Source: Hyphochytrium catenoides
Lineage: Eukaryota > Protista > Hyphochytriomycota
Direction of reading: 5' to 3'
DNA length: 64,000 nucleotides
Assembly (NCBI GenBank): GCA_900088475.1
Contig: FLMG01000658.1
Coordinates: 1 to 64,000, forward strand
The position numbers and the translations under genes are program-made. How positions within the stretch are numbered: position 1 is the stretch's first letter; each line of letters opens with the position of its first letter. Below, piece by piece: positions 60,824 through 64,000 of the stretch. Under the pieces are notes generated by a model that searched no databases, was not told the DNA's origin, and was given only the letters and a program-made list of their open reading frames with translations.

Positions 60824-61899
60824 GCCAAGAAACTCCTCGTTGATTCTTCTTTTAGCTGATAACTAATATAAGAGACCTACTTCTGGTTACAATGGCACAA
60901 AGAGCTTGGTCTTTGATGCCTGCTTCCTCCTTCTTGGCTCAGCCAGGAGAAGATCTTTCTGTCAGTTGGCAAATAGGAAAGTAGTTAGAGAAACAAGTGG
61001 CCGCACTTGCGCGGGATCACCACGACTTTCTTTACTTTTGCCATTATAGTGTCCTCCTCCAGTGCACAGTTGGCAGCAAAGCCCCTACTTCGCGACTGCT
61101 GCGATCATCTTGACTGTGTGTGACTATCATCTTGTCTGCTGCGCTGCTGCTTGTGACAACTCTCACTAACGAACTACCTTCTTCGCGTAGGGTTTGGCAA
61201 CTGAACAGATTAATATCAACCTTTGATGATGATTGACTACGCATGGTGTCAATGCAGTTCTGATGTAGAATACGTGGTGAGTTGTCTTGCCTGCCATTGT
61301 CGGACGTGCCTCTTGCGAACTACTACTACACTTCAACAATCCGCCAACATTATCCTTTATAAGAAGAAGAAGAAGAGAACGAGGAGGAGGGGCGAACAGC
61401 AAAATTTAAAGAACTTGGAGCCAGTGGATGACAACAATAACTGCGCGGATGTGCTATCTGCCTCCTGTCTCCCCTACACAGACCACCTCAACTTCCATCA
61501 CCAGCAGCTGCTGTAAGTGAAGCTGCTCCTCTTCTGACGACAGAGTGGACATGAAGGATGGTCAGAAGAAGAACGGACTGATGGCGGTGTTACAGCAGAC
61601 CTATGAGGACCTACTGTACAGTTGCAGAAGTGCCTTGGTACATTAGCTTAGGATCAGTGTCATGATTTGTGCTGGTCAGTCGTTGGACCTATGGGTGGGA
61701 ACCCCTAATAGAAACCGTACAAGGGAGGAACCTTCGTGGCAGTAAGGAATGGCACTGTGTCTTACGGCCCCAAGAATACTCCGCCGGGGATGTAATTCCC
61801 CCCGTTCATATTGCCAGTTTACTAGAATATGTTCCGGTTGGGGGTGAGGAGTCAGTCCTATTATGTACGCCTGGTGCCAGTCATTGCGTCAGTTGGGAT

Positions 61900-63614
61900 G
61901 CGACAGTACTGGGGGCGAAGGGAGAGGGCCAAGATTCATCTTGGGTTTGACACATCAACAACATAGGAAGAAGAGAAAGAGATCATCCTTTGAGCGTTGG
62001 TGTCAATAACCCTTGTCATCATGGCCAAATAAAGTAGTTCTTCTACCTTGAAGCACGAACCCCATTCGTAGCACCATAGCAATAGACGGATATGAATGTC
62101 ACTTTCGTGGCGCCAGCAGTCAGTACTGACGCAATTACGAAGGCAAACTCGTTCTTTATCTTCTTGGAGAGGAGGAGTGCAAGAAGAAAGGGAGTATCAG
62201 GAACCTACCACAAGTACTAACTTCAGCCTATCCCGCCCCCATAACCCGCCTCCTCACTCGTCAACGCCGACCATGGTTATAAAGAAGCAGTCATCATGAT
62301 GTTGATTGCTCGCCGTACCAATGATGTGCTTAACATGGACGAACCCTATGCTGCGATTGACCACGCCGGCAGATATTATGGTGCTGTGGAAGAAGAAGCT
62401 GCACACCTTGCAAATAGGCCCAGCTGTGTCGTCAGTGGTGTGGCAGCTGGCAGTGCACGCAGCTCTTGGCCTGGGAATAGGAACTAGGTAGTGGGACCGC
62501 CTACTACGGTTGCTCCACTGGAAACTCTCAAAGTCCCTTCCAAGGCTTAGTATTCAGACTACCTGTAGTATAGCCGCCACTCAGCTGGGTTTGGTGGTCA
62601 ATCAAAAGCTTGCTCCATTCTCAATGATGCTGCATGGGTAGTTAGTTCACCGGTTGATGGGCCGGGCCAACACGAGATCATCAGCTCGTGAAAGAAGAAG
62701 AAGCCATCCGTCCACCCTAAAGATGGCGGTTCAAATGTTTGGATAGGCGATCCAGAAGAGGGGACAGAAGACCTGGGAGAATCTAGGGCGGACAAGCTCA
62801 AATCTTGTCCTCATTGTGGTGACAGCACTCATCATCGCTCTGATCTTTGCTGGGAACTACGTTGTCTGAGTGCAAATCAAAGACCTGATGGCTGGACTTC
62901 TGGGAAGAAGTAGGGCGAGCACCACAAAAAGCAAGCTGCCTGTGAAGCGGTCAGAAGACCTGGAGAGGAGGAACGAAGGTGAGGCACCGCAAAGGCCTGT
63001 GGTTAGGCACTGCAAAGGCCTGTGGCACTGCTTGCTCAGCATCTCCATGGTCCACAAAAGCTGATGTCTGTTTGACAGCAGCCACCTCCATCTTTCTCCC
63101 CTTCTCTTCAGTTTCTTAACGAGAGCAGCTATTGGACCTGGACCTTGGTGCATCGGAACGTCGCTGGGCGGCAGTGATTCTTTAGCTTCTGGACTGCAAT
63201 TCATGGCAGTGAGCTTGTCACCGCCACCAGCGAGGTTGTCACTGCGTACACGAGGCACTGGTGATATCCACCGTCGCCATAAGCTTGACAGATCTTCTCA
63301 TTCAATCTTTCCTCGATGTTAGCCAGTCCAGGAGCTTGACTTGTGCGCAAGTACCCCTGGTTCCCGGGACAACTTACCATCTCGTCAGTGAGGAGATGTG
63401 AAGTTACCTGGGAACATATGTGTCAATTCCTCCCCCCGAGGTCATGTCTGCGTGACGAGTTAGCAGCGAACGCCTCCCGGGTAAAAATGAGCTTCCACCG
63501 TAGTAAAAGAGTTCACTAGTGCTCTTGTTGGAAGGTCTCGATCCCTCCCTCCCACCACCATTTGTCCAGGTAATGCAATCTACCTCTCTCGATCACCGGG
63601 ACATCCAGCATCTA
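61900..63614 (-). mobile_element. Possible decayed hAT element
   Basis: Weak minus-strand remnants (THAASL, LPHH*RHSWAYL, VKHII..DDCFF, LALSLRPQY); CCCGGG cluster at 63350-63600; terminus-like CCAGCATCTA at 63605-63614. Confidence 0.3.
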
Positions 63615-64000
63615 TTGCCTTCGAATACCTTTCCGTGATCTTCAGATTCCCCTATATCCGTCATCTTCCATGAACCCAGGTGGCTGTTCCATCTCTTCTT
63701 TTTCTCAAAATTCCCGAAGAGAAATATAGAGCGCACATTCGCTTCATGAGCTTCTTCTAGATCCAGGATTGCGGTCAGCGCAAGCAGTAAGCGAGGGTGT
63801 GAAAATGCACCATCGTGCGTGGGTTTAGTAATACTGCACGATATGGACCTCTGGGGATGAATGATGCCCTTTCGCTACCGATCTCGTCTTCTCCTTCTCT
63901 CGTCTTCTCCTTCTCTCTCGCTGTCTCTCTCTCCTACTGGCTGGACCTACCTGTCATCACGTTCGTTCGGTGAGGTTCGAAGAGGATAGCTGTCAGAGAA

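Overview
This is eukaryotic nuclear DNA, probably from a microbial eukaryote (taxon not assignable from sequence alone): it has GT-AG spliceosomal introns of roughly 40-400 nt, CT/GA microsatellites and about 50% GC. I spliced the gene models by hand, so exon boundaries are inferred and not transcript-verified. About 14 protein-coding genes can be reconstructed. Four have unusual architectures. (1) A ~2,740-aa protein (17402-25839) fuses an intact Asteroid/FAM120-type FEN1/XPG PIN nuclease to an intact DExH/RHA helicase and a recently amplified array of paired C2H2 zinc fingers. (2) An SPX inositol-pyrophosphate-sensor domain is fused to a succinylglutamate desuccinylase/aspartoacylase (M14 Zn) hydrolase (7974-9679). 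(3) An OHCU decarboxylase is fused to a shortened allantoinase-like domain lacking most metal ligands and ending in the peroxisomal signal SRL (44956-47281). (4) An NSUN2/Trm4 paralog has its catalytic motif-VI Cys replaced by His and a degenerate SAM motif. Other genes encode a YrhK-repeat membrane protein, a double zinc-finger protein, a putatively lipidated Vps16 C-terminal paralog, a tail-anchored TPR protein, a PH/B-box/SAM/WW scaffold, a cornichon, an RlpA/DPBB expansin-like protein and three orphans. Intergenic spaces hold several heavily decayed hAT-like transposase relics. I found no rRNA, tRNA or CRISPR.
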